Origin: Amoebidium appalachense
Lineage: Eukaryota > Protista > Ichthyosporea
Assembly (NCBI GenBank): GCA_963693365.1
Contig: CAVNZM010000009.1
Span: 10,544,243-10,608,242 of the forward strand
Length of the DNA stretch: 64,000 bases
Direction: 5' to 3'
Both the position numbers and the translations under genes were made by a program. The notes under the pieces are model-generated. The model saw only the letters and a list, made by a program, of their open reading frames with translations, was not told the DNA's origin and searched no databases. Shown in pieces: positions 1-12,880 of this stretch (position 1 is its first letter; each line of letters starts with the position of its first letter).

Positions 1-18
1 GTGTGTGCTTGTGTGTGT

Positions 19-66
<48 letters not shown>

Positions 67-150
67 GTGTGTGTATGTGTGAGGGGTGATTGGGGTTTGT
101 GTGTGTGTGTGTGTGTGTGTATGTGTGTATGTGTTTGTGCGTGTGTGTGC

Positions 151-232
<82 letters not shown>

Positions 233-324
233 ATGCGTGCGCACGTGTGTGCCTACGTGTTTCCACGAACGTTGCTGCCTGTTGGTGTGTGCGTCTCTGT
301 GGTGGCTGTGTTAGCGCAGGTGTG

Positions 325-363
<39 letters not shown>

Positions 364-391
364 CGGAGGGGCAGGTTATGTGTGTGTGTGT

Positions 392-435
<44 letters not shown>

Positions 436-687
436 GGGGGGAGGTGCATGTGTACGTGGTCCCCACCTGCGCATTACTGTGTGTGTGTGTGCGTGGGCGC
501 ATGGGTACCCACGGGCATGAGGCGTAGTTTGTGTGCACGCAGACACCTGTGTCATTGGTTGGTCACCCATGTGCATGCACGTACCCCCTGATGGACAGGA
601 ATGAAAGGCATTCACGTGCCCACAAACCCCCCCCCCCCCCTCCCACACCCACTTACAATGACACACACGCACACGCGCGCACGCGCG

Positions 688-816
<129 letters not shown>

Positions 817-1111
817 CTACTGCATCATGCGCATGGGCCATGGTGTGAGCCGCCTTCTTGTTACTGGGGGGGTTCATTTCAAGAAGAGCCCCGGCATTGT
901 AAAGCCAGTGCTGGTAAGAAGCTCACTGCCTATGCTCGGTTTGTATCCCCTCCCCCCCCCTCCCCCCCCCCCCCCCCTCCCCCTCTTCCCCCCCCAAAGA
1001 ACAAAAAAAAAAAAAAAAAAAAAGGGGAAAAAAAAAAAAAAGGCCAGAACAAAGAAAAGCAACAAAGAAGAGTGACATGCACTCTACACGGATGCACACA
1101 CAGGCACCCAC

Positions 1112-1143
<32 letters not shown>

Positions 1144-1819
1144 TGCGCACACACACCACGCACTGTACCTTCACCTCCATCACCCATATGGTGACTTTTA
1201 CTTGGAACGTTTATGTGCTGTGTAGGCACACAAGACACCTCATATTATCCTTCACTTAACCTTTCCCAGAACGCTTGGCAAAACCCATGCACTGACAGGA
1301 CTTCTTTTGTATCTCATGGCACTCCACTCTTGCCCGAACCCTCCGCCGTCCCCCCCCCCCCCCCCCAACCCCCCTCCTCAAAAAAAAAAAAAAAAAAAAA
1401 AAAACGCTCAGCCATCCTATCAACTCACTTATCCCATGTCATCCATCCTCCCCCCCCCCCCCCCCCCCCCCCCCCGCTCCCCCTTTCCCCTTCCCCTCCC
1501 CCCCCCCCTCCCCCCTCCCCCCACCTCTTCCCCCCTACAGATGACTTTTGCATGGCACTAGCCAATACACTCCAAAGGCATGTGACCGGGAGTTCACCAA
1601 GCCAGGCCTCGGACCCATCCGCAAACCAACCCGCCACCAACACCCCAACACACGGGGTTGAGAATACAATGGCACCACAAACAGAGAGAATGGGGGTGAT
1701 GGGTGGTGGAAAGGTGGAGGGGTGGTGGTGGGTTGGTGTGGCAGGTTTGTTGGCAATGTTGGTGGTACTGGTTGCCATGTTACTGGTGAGAATAGGCACC
1801 ATGCAGGTGTGTGTGTGTG

Positions 1820-1890
<71 letters not shown>

Positions 1891-1903
1891 CGTGTGTGCG
1901 TGC

Positions 1904-1948
<45 letters not shown>

Positions 1949-2339
1949 TGTGTGTGTGTGTGTCTGTGTCTGTGTCTGTGTCTGTGCCCCTGCGTTCGTG
2001 TGTCGTCATGTCTGGATGTGCATGTTATGTGTGCACGAGTGAACTGTGTGAGTGTGTGGAAGGGCGGAAGGGAGAGGAGGGCTCGTGTGTCCTTATCCTT
2101 GTGCCAGTCATGTGATTGAAGTGCGTGCATGCCTGCCTTGGCAGGGTGCATGTATATTTATGTGTGTGTTTGTGTGTGTGCACGTTCTCAAATTCGACGA
2201 AACAAGTGCACCTGAATTATTTTTATATTATTTATAGTATTTATTATATTATTTTTATGTGGGGAAGACAAGAGGTTGCTGTGCACTTTTCCGCTTGTCT
2301 AAATGTATGTGGTTTTCATACCTTCGCCTTGTGCGGGTG

Positions 2340-2377
<38 letters not shown>

Positions 2378-2427
2378 TGGTGGTGGTGTGGTGGTAGTGG
2401 GTGGGTGGGTGTTTTTTTTTTTTTTTT

Positions 2428-2471
<44 letters not shown>

Positions 2472-2763
2472 TCAGAGAAGGGGGGAGGGGGAGAGGGGGG
2501 GGGGGGGGGGGGGGGGTTTAATGGCACGGGTGGTGGTTTCTGGCATTTCTCGTTGAAATAATATGATGTGTGGATGGCATTGTGTACGTGGATGTATACA
2601 TGTACGTCTGTGCATACGCGTGCATGCACGTGTATGCACAGGCACTCTAGCAAACCTTCCAGCACCTTCCCTTCGTCCTTATCTCAAACACCTTCTGTAA
2701 TGCTTTTCAGCAGTGTTAAGTCTGGGAGTTCAGAGTTCCTCTTGCATAAACTCACAAGTCTGC

Positions 2764-2812
<49 letters not shown>

Positions 2813-3008
2813 AAAATAAAAAAATAAAAATAAAAATAAAAATAAAAATAAAATAAAATAAAAATAAATAAATAAAATGCAATGCACACACGCACACGGA
2901 CACAAGCATACACGCGCGTGCGCACGTGCGCCTACACCCACACACATACACACAGACACGGGCGCGCGGGTGCGCGCAGGCACACGCACGGAGGCACGCG
3001 CGAGCGCG

Positions 3009-3071
<63 letters not shown>

Positions 3072-3141
3072 ACACACGATACCCCAGGCTACATTGGAGG
3101 AATTGTCGCAGCAGCTGCAGGTTGCCGAGTGCAAAAGGTAG
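817..3141 (+). CDS. 3' exons of a VASt (StART-like) domain membrane protein, GRAMD1/Aster/Lam-like; 5' part lies upstream of the window
   Basis: GT-AG exons: 817-913 (YCIMRMGHGVSRLLVTGGVHFKKSPGIVKPVL, resembles the VASt C-terminal strands RYCI...RLRVS...KQPW-VK); 1541-1806 (linker then hydrophobic WWWVGVAGLLAMLVVLVAMLLVRIG); 3088-3141 (ATLEELSQQLQVAECKR*, short coiled-coil-like tail). The order VASt-TM-coiled coil matches GRAMD1. A short phase-correcting exon between 913 and 1541 was not located. Confidence 0.6.
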
Positions 3142-3487
3142 CAGCAGTTTGATCCACTGATTGCGTTCTTGTTAGAGCCGTTGAGAGATGTTTCTGTAAC
3201 AATTCCAGCATATGTTCTATTCGTATCAGCTTTGGTCTTTCGTACCATTCACAAGCACTCAAAATGTGCTGTAATCATTTTGCTACTTGTACATAGGGTT
3301 GTAATCTATCGTGTGGCCTATTTGTTGGTTTAACTACGAGCTGTGCTGTAGGGTGATAACTGTACAAAGGCTGAGGAACACATGTCGCCTATTTACACAG
3401 ACGTGTATCATGACCAGTTTGCATCACAAAGGAGTCGTATGTATGTTCTGAAGAAAGTTGAGGCTAATTTCACTATGTACATAGGGC

Positions 3488-3545
<58 letters not shown>

Positions 3546-3699
3546 CACGGATATTGCAGTATGTTGGGGCCGACTCGATGGAGCGGCCATGAATAGAACA
3601 AGAAATCTGCACAGGGGTGCGGGTTTTTATTAAGAACTTGCCAACTTAGTCGGCAGTATGATGTCGTGACGAATTTGAAGCATATATATATAACACCAA

Positions 3700-4480
3700 C
3701 AGAATTAACCGGAACACCAAGAATACAAATATCTTGGTGTTCCGGTTAATTATGTTGGTGTTATGTTTTCCCGTATGGTCGAAAAGAGGGTAGAGTTGGC
3801 TCGTAAGCGGTTAGATTTTTTCTCGGCTAATATTTTTAGAGACACACCCCTCCATCCTTCTATTAGACTTACATTTATTCGCACTTTTGTCTTCCCGGCA
3901 TATGAATATGGTTTACCCCTTCTCGCCGCTTGGATCAAGAAAGAGAGAACTAGAGCGCTTAAGCCCTTGGCAAATTTCCTTGAAGCAGAAGTTGCCTCCT
4001 TTCTATCTAACAACTGTTGTAAACCTGGGCCTGTAACGCTCTCGATATATGGTCTGGTCCCAATAGCTGCTAGAGTATTCCATCTCGCGCTGAAATTCAA
4101 TAAGCACATAAGCCGCTTAAAGAAGTATTTGCCCTCCCACCCTCTCTTCTCTATCCGACCTGTCCCCTCCTCACCTCTCCCCTCTTTCCTTCCCTCTCTC
4201 TCTCCTTCTCCCCCGGGCACAAATACAAATAAACCCCGCAAAAGTGTGCGTGTGACTTTGGACTTGGGCCACTTACTAATTAAACATGTACACAATCACA
4301 AGATAATCACGCAATATAACAAATGGAAAAAGGTATATACCACACGACACTAGACGTGATGAAAGCAGACACCTTGAAAAACTAAGCCGTATGTCTCGTT
4401 TTATATATAATGACCGCCTTAACCATATTGCCAAATATGGCACTCGCAAATGTATAACACCTAAATACATATTACCTTCC
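3700..4480 (+). mobile_element. Degenerate non-LTR retrotransposon ORF2 fragment (RT C-terminus/thumb)
   Basis: Intronless AT-richer frame EYKYLGVPVNYVG...RVELARKRL...IRLTFIRTFVFPAYEYG, matching the YKYLG and P-x-x-YG motifs of LINE RT domains. Upstream sequence is broken by stops and a (TA)n tract at ~3491-3543. Confidence 0.65.
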
Positions 4481-4831
4481 TGTTGAACTGGTCTTTCTCT
4501 AGCTGATGATTGTATTATTGATCAATTACCACGCCTTTACTGTATACGTGCTATCCGGTGGAGATCTAATAAGTATAAGGTGGCATCGTTTGCATGCCCA
4601 AACAACACACACACACACCAGTTTACCACGGTCATGTATCGCCAAATGTAGTTTGATAGACCACATAATACCGCAACACACACACGCCACATTCACAACA
4701 GACACCCAGAAAGATAGCCTACCTGTAAATTACAACATCCTTGATTTTATACTAAACGCGCGCTACGGTAACTACGACCTGTTTATTAGATGTATTGATT
4801 GGCTTGAGAAACACATCACTACAAAATTCTA

Positions 4832-4881
<50 letters not shown>

Positions 4882-4909
4882 CCAGCTGATACCGAGTGCC
4901 CCAGGGGAG

Positions 4910-4950
<41 letters not shown>

Positions 4951-7348
4951 AAAAACAAAAAAAAACCGGGGAACCCCAACTAATTGATTTTTATTAGTCT
5001 TTATGGTGTCTCGTAGAGAAAGTAAACCCTGACTATATAGTCATCACCCGACATGTCTATGTACGTGATCATGATATACCGCTGAGGGGATATTCCGAGC
5101 AAAAACCCCCCATACGTGAGACTGGTCTCTCTTTGCCTCGAGTAAACAGCGTAAACCCCATATATATATGTTGTGTGGTTGCGGCAATCAGGACCATGAT
5201 TATCGCTTTTCAAAAGCGTAACTGAATGTGTACGTGACGCAAACACTTCGACTGCATGTAGGTGCAAGTACAACGTCACTGACTGTGTGTGTCAGTGTGC
5301 GCATGACATTCAAAGGCTTCAACCCTGTACATGTTTTGTCGCAATCACTATGTCCGACCTAAAGCCGGATTGCGACATGTACATGAGAACGTGTGCGCAT
5401 CATGAAAAGACCATAAAATAAACTACGACACATCTGAGGACGGACACACGTACGCACATGTAGCACTCACTCACTCGCACCGGAGAGGCACACACAAAAA
5501 CACAAACACACGCACGCACACGTCCACGCAAGTGCAACACGTGCACACGTGTTGTACACCGTGTCATGTGCCACCCAGCTGAGCCTCAGCTTGATACTAC
5601 CAAAATGTAAGGGTGTTACTAAAACTAGAAAGATAAAAATAGAATTTTCGAAGCGGCCGTGAGCGCCAGTGGCCCAGTGCCCAAAAACGTTTGCGCAAAA
5701 CACATGGCAACCAAAACCATACCTGATTGGTTTATAACAACCAATCATCTGCTGGCATGCATTAAAGCAGTCCATGCCATAGTTTTTCGTTTTTCAGTCC
5801 GCAAAGCAGTGACAGAAGTGATCCACAATTCTACGGGTTTTTGACGTCTGCGGGTGAGTGATTAGAGTGATTAGTGGTAGGGAAAGAAGGGGAAGTGTTT
5901 TTTGAAGCGAAGGGAACAAGGGGAAAGGGTGCTGTTGGCTGAAAGGCACTCTGGGGTGCGTGTGGGTGTGAGATCTGGGCATTGGCAAAACCTTTAGAAG
6001 AAAAGGAGTTGAATCTCCCTGCAGACTCCCTGAGACGCGAGGACAACATAGTGTTCCGCATATCTCAAACCACAATTATTATATTCGGTTATGTGTCTAG
6101 AGGCCTCGAGCGTCCGCAAAGGTGGATATATGTGCTTGTGATAACTGCGGGTGAGAATTCAAACGGTGGGGTAGATAGATCTGCGCATGCAAGTAGATTT
6201 ACGACACGTAGATTGACATATGCGTGTCAGCTGCTTCTGTACCTGTGTAGGTTACGACCGTATGCCAGTACTATATGCTATGTGGGAGATGTTGCGGCTT
6301 TTTTTACGGACATAGTGTGGAGATCCAGTGTGTTTGAACAAGGAGGATTCAGAGTTGATTGGTAGAGTTCGAGGGAGATTTAGTTAGGCGAGTTTAGAAA
6401 GTGGTCTAAGTTGTGCACACTCTAAACTAGAAGGCTAGGTAGTGCCACATATGAATAGCAAATTCGAGCTTGTTAGTGTTCAATGTCCAGAATAAGATCT
6501 TGCCAAGTTTGGGGTTGTTGACAATTGTCTGTGCAGCCACGGCACTCCTTCGGATATTCCTCTGGTCTACCGGCACCACCATTCACAATGGCTGACAGCT
6601 TTGCAGCTGTGTCCGAGGTATGCCGGAGTTGGGGGGAGGGGTGGGGGGAGTGAGGGATGGCTGAGAAGAAGCCTCGGGTGGTAGTTGGGGCAGTTGCAAA
6701 GACGAGAGGTATTGGAGTAAGCTGGTGTTGCACAACTTCAGGGTTGTTTTCTGCTTGCTTCCATGTTGGCTCTTGGTGTTGGGTTGCTTGGAGGGAGGCC
6801 ATCTAAAGCGTTATTATAAAAGTGGGGTGATAATGCTGATGTTTGAGTGGATTGACAAGGTTATGAACCCAGATCTTTATAAGCAGTTGATGTGTGTGTC
6901 TGTATGTGTGTGTGTGTGTGTGTGGGTGGGTGGGTGGATGGGTGGATGGGTGGGAGGGTATGTGCAGGGGGAGGGGGGGGGGGGGGGGGGAGGGGGGCAC
7001 AGTTCATCCTCGGCCAACACGGATTTGCTCCTCAACGATTCATGGTGTGTGTGTGGTTTTTTTTTTTTTTTTACATGTGAATCATATAAGCGTGTGATAG
7101 TTTCCCATATCTGGCTCACATGCCCATGTGGAGGGCTGACACACTAACCCATTTATCCATATGTGGGTTGGGAAGGAATTGACAGAAGGGTTTTATGAGG
7201 AGATCGAGTCCCCGTGGTTGGGGAGAGTGGGGGGAAGGGTAGAGTTTGGATGTCCTGTGTGTGTGGTGCTTGAGAAGGTGTGGAAGGAGCAGAGGGCGGT
7301 GGGGAGGAGGAGGGGGGGAGGGGGGGGGGGACTCATAAACTGATTATT

Positions 7349-7933
7349 GGGCGACTATACCCCACCCAAATACGCAAACCCAAACCCAGATTCCTAGATT
7401 TAATATTAGTTTTGACGGTCAATTGGGTAGTGAAATCTTGCTTTTCAATCTGCTACCAATCAACGTGTGGTCGGATTAGCCATAGGTCACCATCGAGCAC
7501 CTGAATCTTATAAGAAAAGCGCCTCTTTGATAGCTCATCGTTTCCAAATAAGGCAGGTAATTTGGGTTTCACAGTCCAAAATATGGGTTTGGGATAGGAA
7601 TCTAGAAGGGGGGGGGGAGGGGAGGTCTTCTAGATTCCTAAATTCAAACCCAAATCTTCAGCGACAACAAGAAAACGCCAAGAACCAAGACTTCTAGTAT
7701 ATTACACTTTCCTACACTTTCGGCTACCTACGGCTTCCCTACACTTTCGGGTTAAATATATTATTTTCTTACCCAACATTAATATTTATCTGTTTTATAA
7801 TTCTTTATGATAGCACACATTGTTTCTTGATAATACATAGGCGTGATGTGAAGCGGCGGTCATGCCGCATTCGTGACATCTGGGTTAAAAATCTAGGTTT
7901 GGGTTTGGGTATTTGGGTGCGGTATAGCCGTCC
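7349..7933. mobile_element. MITE, PIF/Harbinger (Tourist)-like
   Basis: ~43-bp imperfect TIRs (left GGGCGACTATACCCCACCCAAATACGCAAACCCAAACCCAGATT; right rev-comp GGACGGCTATACCGCACCCAAATACCCAAACCCAAACCTAGATT), 3-bp direct repeat ATT on both sides, no ORF, extra internal hairpin at ~7582-7654. Confidence 0.75.
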
Positions 7934-7953
7934 ATTGACTGTATGGGGGGCAG

Positions 7954-8376
7954 GCACTTGCCCGGCAGGAGGCAGCACCGACCACGCAGACGCAGCAGCA
8001 GCCCGGATCGACTTGTAAGTATTGCACTGGTGCAGGAAGTGATGGGTGGTGGTGGTAGAGTGTGGCATGCACGTGCACACCAGCAGTCACTATGTCCGTA
8101 CGTGTGTTGACAAGGATCTGTGTACAGTTGAACAGGCATGAACACAGCATGCAGGCACTTGTGGCGGTAAACAGTTGCCCACGTGCACCACGCCAAAAGC
8201 AGTTAAGCCCGTGCAGACACATCGAAGAAATGCGCACAAAGCAAACGCGTGTAACACGATTTCAGTACACACACGCATTCCTAAGCCTCTTGTTTCCACA
8301 CTGTTTTTGTGATGGCACATGCTTGTTTTATGTTTGCTCGGGTTCCGTTGAATAGCCAAATTAGGGTTCTGACCCC

Positions 8377-8407
<31 letters not shown>

Positions 8408-8619
8408 CAGCCAACTATGCGGACCTGTTTCCTGCTCTGCCTACCGGTCCTGCTGGCCCCAGCCCGGCAGGGGCATGGGGGGCGAAGAAGAACCCTGTGG
8501 CGGGTGCAAGTGCACTGCCAAAGTACAAGCCGTCAAGTGTCACTGAGGTGTGTGTGTGTGTATGTGTGTGTGTTGGTTCTGTGTTTTTGCTCGCTGCTTT
8601 ACTGCTCGTGTGTAGTCAT

Positions 8620-8654
<35 letters not shown>

Positions 8655-8757
8655 TTCCTCCTTCATCCTCCCAGCGCGTTCTGCTCTGTGAAAAACCTGC
8701 ACTGTGTTTTCCATAGTGCATGTGTACTCCGTTATCAATAAAAACCACCCCCCCCCC

Positions 8758-8788
<31 letters not shown>

Positions 8789-10342
8789 ACTCTCTCTCTC
8801 TCTCTCTTTTTCTTCGCATCTTTTCTGCAGCACATGCCCTTGTGGATTGTTGCTGTGTGCCAAAGTATACCACAGCCGCCTTTTCTGAATTAAACACACC
8901 CCTTCATTTCAAGTCAATAACATCTCTGACTCCCCCCCCCCAGGTTCTGCACATGGAGGCAGGGGACATGCAGAGCACTGGGTTTGGAGACACCCGGCAG
9001 GCCAAGATCAAGAAGATCATGGAGCAGACGGGGTACGTGCACGTGCACACACACACACACACATGCACACACACACACATGCACACACACACATGCACAC
9101 AGACACACACGGTCACACTTACACACACTGATACACAACCCTGCACACAGTAATGCACACACCTGTTCACTCACACACACCTACACATTGGTGCGCGCGC
9201 ACGGACACACACACACACATACACACATCTACGCACATACAGATTATTTTATTAGGCAGAACAGTTACACGTACTTGCACAGAAACACACACCAACATAT
9301 CGCCAGGCGTACTGGTTAGTTGCATGGTGTTGGGAAGCATATGTACTCCATTACACGCACACACACATAGCCAATTCAAAGACTGCATGAACGAACGAAT
9401 CGCATTTGTTGCAGCCAGGCAGTGTAACCCGCCTCTAGGGGCAGTTAAAAGGACGAAAGATCTGCACATCGCGTATTTGTCATGTGCTTGTAATTGTAAC
9501 GCATAGGACGTCCCCCCCCCTCCCCCGCCCCACACACACACATACCACCACTACCACGCACCCCCGCCCCCTTTATCTTTGTGACTGTTTGTCTTTTGTC
9601 TTTTGTGTCTCCTCCTCAATGTTCACAACCCTGTAATGCATGTATCCCCCCTCCCCCCCCTCAAACACCACCACCGGGTGGTGTTATTGAGCATATGTTG
9701 CATTCCCTCTTTGTGTTCTATGTCTATCAGCTACATTTTATCCTTCATGTATACATCATACATATGTCCTCTGATGGCACGTGCAACAGGACCAAGATCG
9801 AGATGAGCCAGAACAAGGTGCGGGGCATCACCTTTGCCATCAGCGGCAAGCAGGAGGACGTGGCCAAGGCCAGAAAGCACCTGCAGACTCAGTTCCAAGC
9901 ACCGGTAGCCACGTGCACACACACACATGCACACCCGTGGGCATGCACACACATGTCACGTGCACACATGCGCACATTCACACATACACACTCACTTGCA
10001 AACGCATGCTTACATGCACGTACACTCACACGGTCACATGCATGCTCACAAACACCCAGCAACACGCCCACAAGAACACATTCTTTTCAGCAACAGCATA
10101 CACACACACATACACGCGCATGCACATACATGTGTGTTCATTTTTGTGTCTATGCATATCCTTCCATCGTCTTGCACCTAGTAGGGCATATGGTAACATG
10201 AACACACAGAAAACTGTCGAGCTTGTGATTCCCCCCGAGCACTACGGGGCTATTCTGGGCAAGGAGGGGTCCAGGCTGAGAGAGCTGCAGGACAAGCATG
10301 CCGTCAAGATCAACGTGCCAAAGAAGGAGACGGTGAGAGGGA

Positions 10343-10373
<31 letters not shown>

Positions 10374-12676
10374 TTCACCGTCTCTTCTTCTTTTAAGGGA
10401 GGGACGGGGAAGGGGCGTGGGGGGGGGTGGGTGGTGTTGAGGCGGGGACAAGCAATTATTTTCGGGGGGGAAGGGCGGCGGGGGGGGGGGGGAGGGGGGG
10501 GGGGGGGGGGGGGGAATGTCGCTGTGGCTATGTGTGGTGATAGGCAAGTGGCAGGGTCCCGTGAGATGCAGATACATAAGTAGCATGGCGTGTGGGTGAG
10601 TGGAAGAAGAACGGGGGGGGCGAAGGGGATGGTTATACCTTGTTGGAGTGGAAGGGGGTAGAGCAGTGTGCAAAGGAGATGGGGGTAAAGGGAGAAAAGG
10701 GGGAGGAGGTGGGGGGGGGGGGGGGGGGGGGGGGGGGGGAAAGGGGACGAAGGCAATATTATTGTTTAACAGCAATCAACGTGGGCGGGAAAGCACGGGT
10801 ATGGGTGGGCCGGTGGAGTTAGTTAGGGGTGGAATTACTGGTGGAATGTGCTAGCAATCACGTGTGCACGTGCACATTCGAGACTCACACGTGGTGGTGG
10901 GGGGCAACAGGGCAGCAACGTTGTGACGATCACGGGCAACAAGGAGGGAGTGGGTCGCGCCGCTCTAGAGTTGCAAACAGTGAGTGACGACAGGGCTCGG
11001 CAGGCACGTGAGCTGGTGCACGTGGAGAGGCCCCTGCACCCGTTTGTGTTTGGACCAAACAGGGGCGATGTCGACACTATTGCTAAGATGGCTGGGCCCA
11101 CGGTCAAGGTGGGTTGTCTTCGAATTCTTTTTTCCGCCTTTTTTTTTTCTATTTTGTTTTTGGAGAGTGTGTGTAGGGAGGAAGGGGGAAGTTGGTGGGG
11201 TTTTTTATTGTTTTTTGGTTGGGGGGGGGGGGGGGGGGGGGGGGGGTTGGTGAATGGGATGGTGGTAGGGCTGATTGTGTGGGTGAGTGGGTGGGTCCCT
11301 TTGTGTGCGGGGGAAAGGGAAGCTGCTTTTGGCGCTTAGTCACACACAGCTGTTTTTTTGTATCCCATAGTTCCAGCCTCCCACAGACACACTCACGTGC
11401 ACACCCACACGTTCACGTGCATGCCCCACGCACACGTGCCCATCCACACACACACGCACGGGCGCACACAGGTCCACGTGCCACCCCCCACCGTCGAAAG
11501 CGATGACGTCGTAGTGACGGGAGACAAAGACGAAGTGGCAATTGCAGTGGGAATCATCAACGAACGCCTTAACGCAAAGCGTCTGGGAGTCAAGTCCCTT
11601 AAGGTGGAGATCAGAAAGGAACAACACAAGTGGTTGGCTGGAAGGAAAGTGCTAGATGGCGTCTTTGCTGAGACCGGGGTGGTGGTGGATCTGCCTGCGA
11701 TTGATGACCCGTCAGAGTCCATTGTGCTCAGGGGGGATGGGGACAAGTTGGTGAAGGCACTGCAGCTGGTGATGGAGAAGGTGTGTTTGTGTAAGTGTGT
11801 GTTTGTGTAAGTGTGTGTGTGTAAGTGTGTTTGTGTAAGTGTGTGTGTGTAAGTGTGTGTGTGTAAGTGTGTGTGTGTAAGTGTGGGTGGGTTGGGGGGG
11901 GGGGGGGGGGAGGGAGGGAGGGGCGATTCTGGCAGAGAGGGAGGGGGGGGGGGGGGGGGGGATTGGCAGGGATATGTTGGGCTCATGCCTATGTGCTTAC
12001 CTTGAGCGTTTCTCGGGACGAACGGAGGTGTCTTCTCCTAAATTCTGTATTTTATTCCTCCCCCCCCCCCCCCCCCCTCCCCCCCCTTTTCTTCCTAGAA
12101 GCCCCGTCTCCTGAGTTCCTATCTATATTTTTCTTGCTTCTGCTTACTGCTGCAACTTTAACCCCCGGCCTTTCCCACTGCCCTTGCCTGCATAAGCAAC
12201 CCTGCTCGTCTCTGATCAAGACGGGTGACCTACTCATGTTCAAGTGAAACAGTATCTGAGTTGGGTTTCGTTAACGAGGGGAATAGGTCGAAACTCGGGT
12301 ACTGTGGATGACGTGGGCCCCCCCTGAGGATGGGCTCTGCTTATTATGCATACTCTTTATGTATGGCTTGCATTCTGCATCGTGTTATCCGTTTGTTCTT
12401 GTGTACTTCGTACTTTTTGACGCATTCAAAACCCCCCTTTTTGGGTGAGGGGAAGGAAAGGCTCCGAGGGGGGGGGGGGGGGGGGGGGGGGATCTCAGGG
12501 ATAGATACAAGGCTACTCAAAGACTCCATTTGCAATCGGTATGCATGTATGCATGGTGCGTGAGCAGACCAAGGCAGTGTTTTAAGTATCAGATAATAAC
12601 CCTTGAGGGGTGTTGGCTGGGCTATATGTGCCTGTTTCTCGATCTCCTATTCTTCCGTATTCTGGTCTGACACACC

Positions 12677-12722
<46 letters not shown>

Positions 12723-12823
12723 CTGCCAGCATGAGCACGGACAGTGTACCCTGCCCCGGCTGGCAGCAGAAGTACATCATCGGTGCAAAGGGCTCCGGGG
12801 TGGCTCAGCTGCGCGAGGTATCC

Positions 12824-12880
<57 letters not shown>

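Noticed and set aside
6473-6802. Minus-strand 109-aa ORF as a gene
   Set aside because: No recognisable domain or linkable exons.
12286-12337. Hammerhead ribozyme in the poly-C element (CGAAA and CTGAGGA/CTGATGA motifs)
   Set aside because: Could not build stems II/III and an NUH cleavage site around the core motifs.
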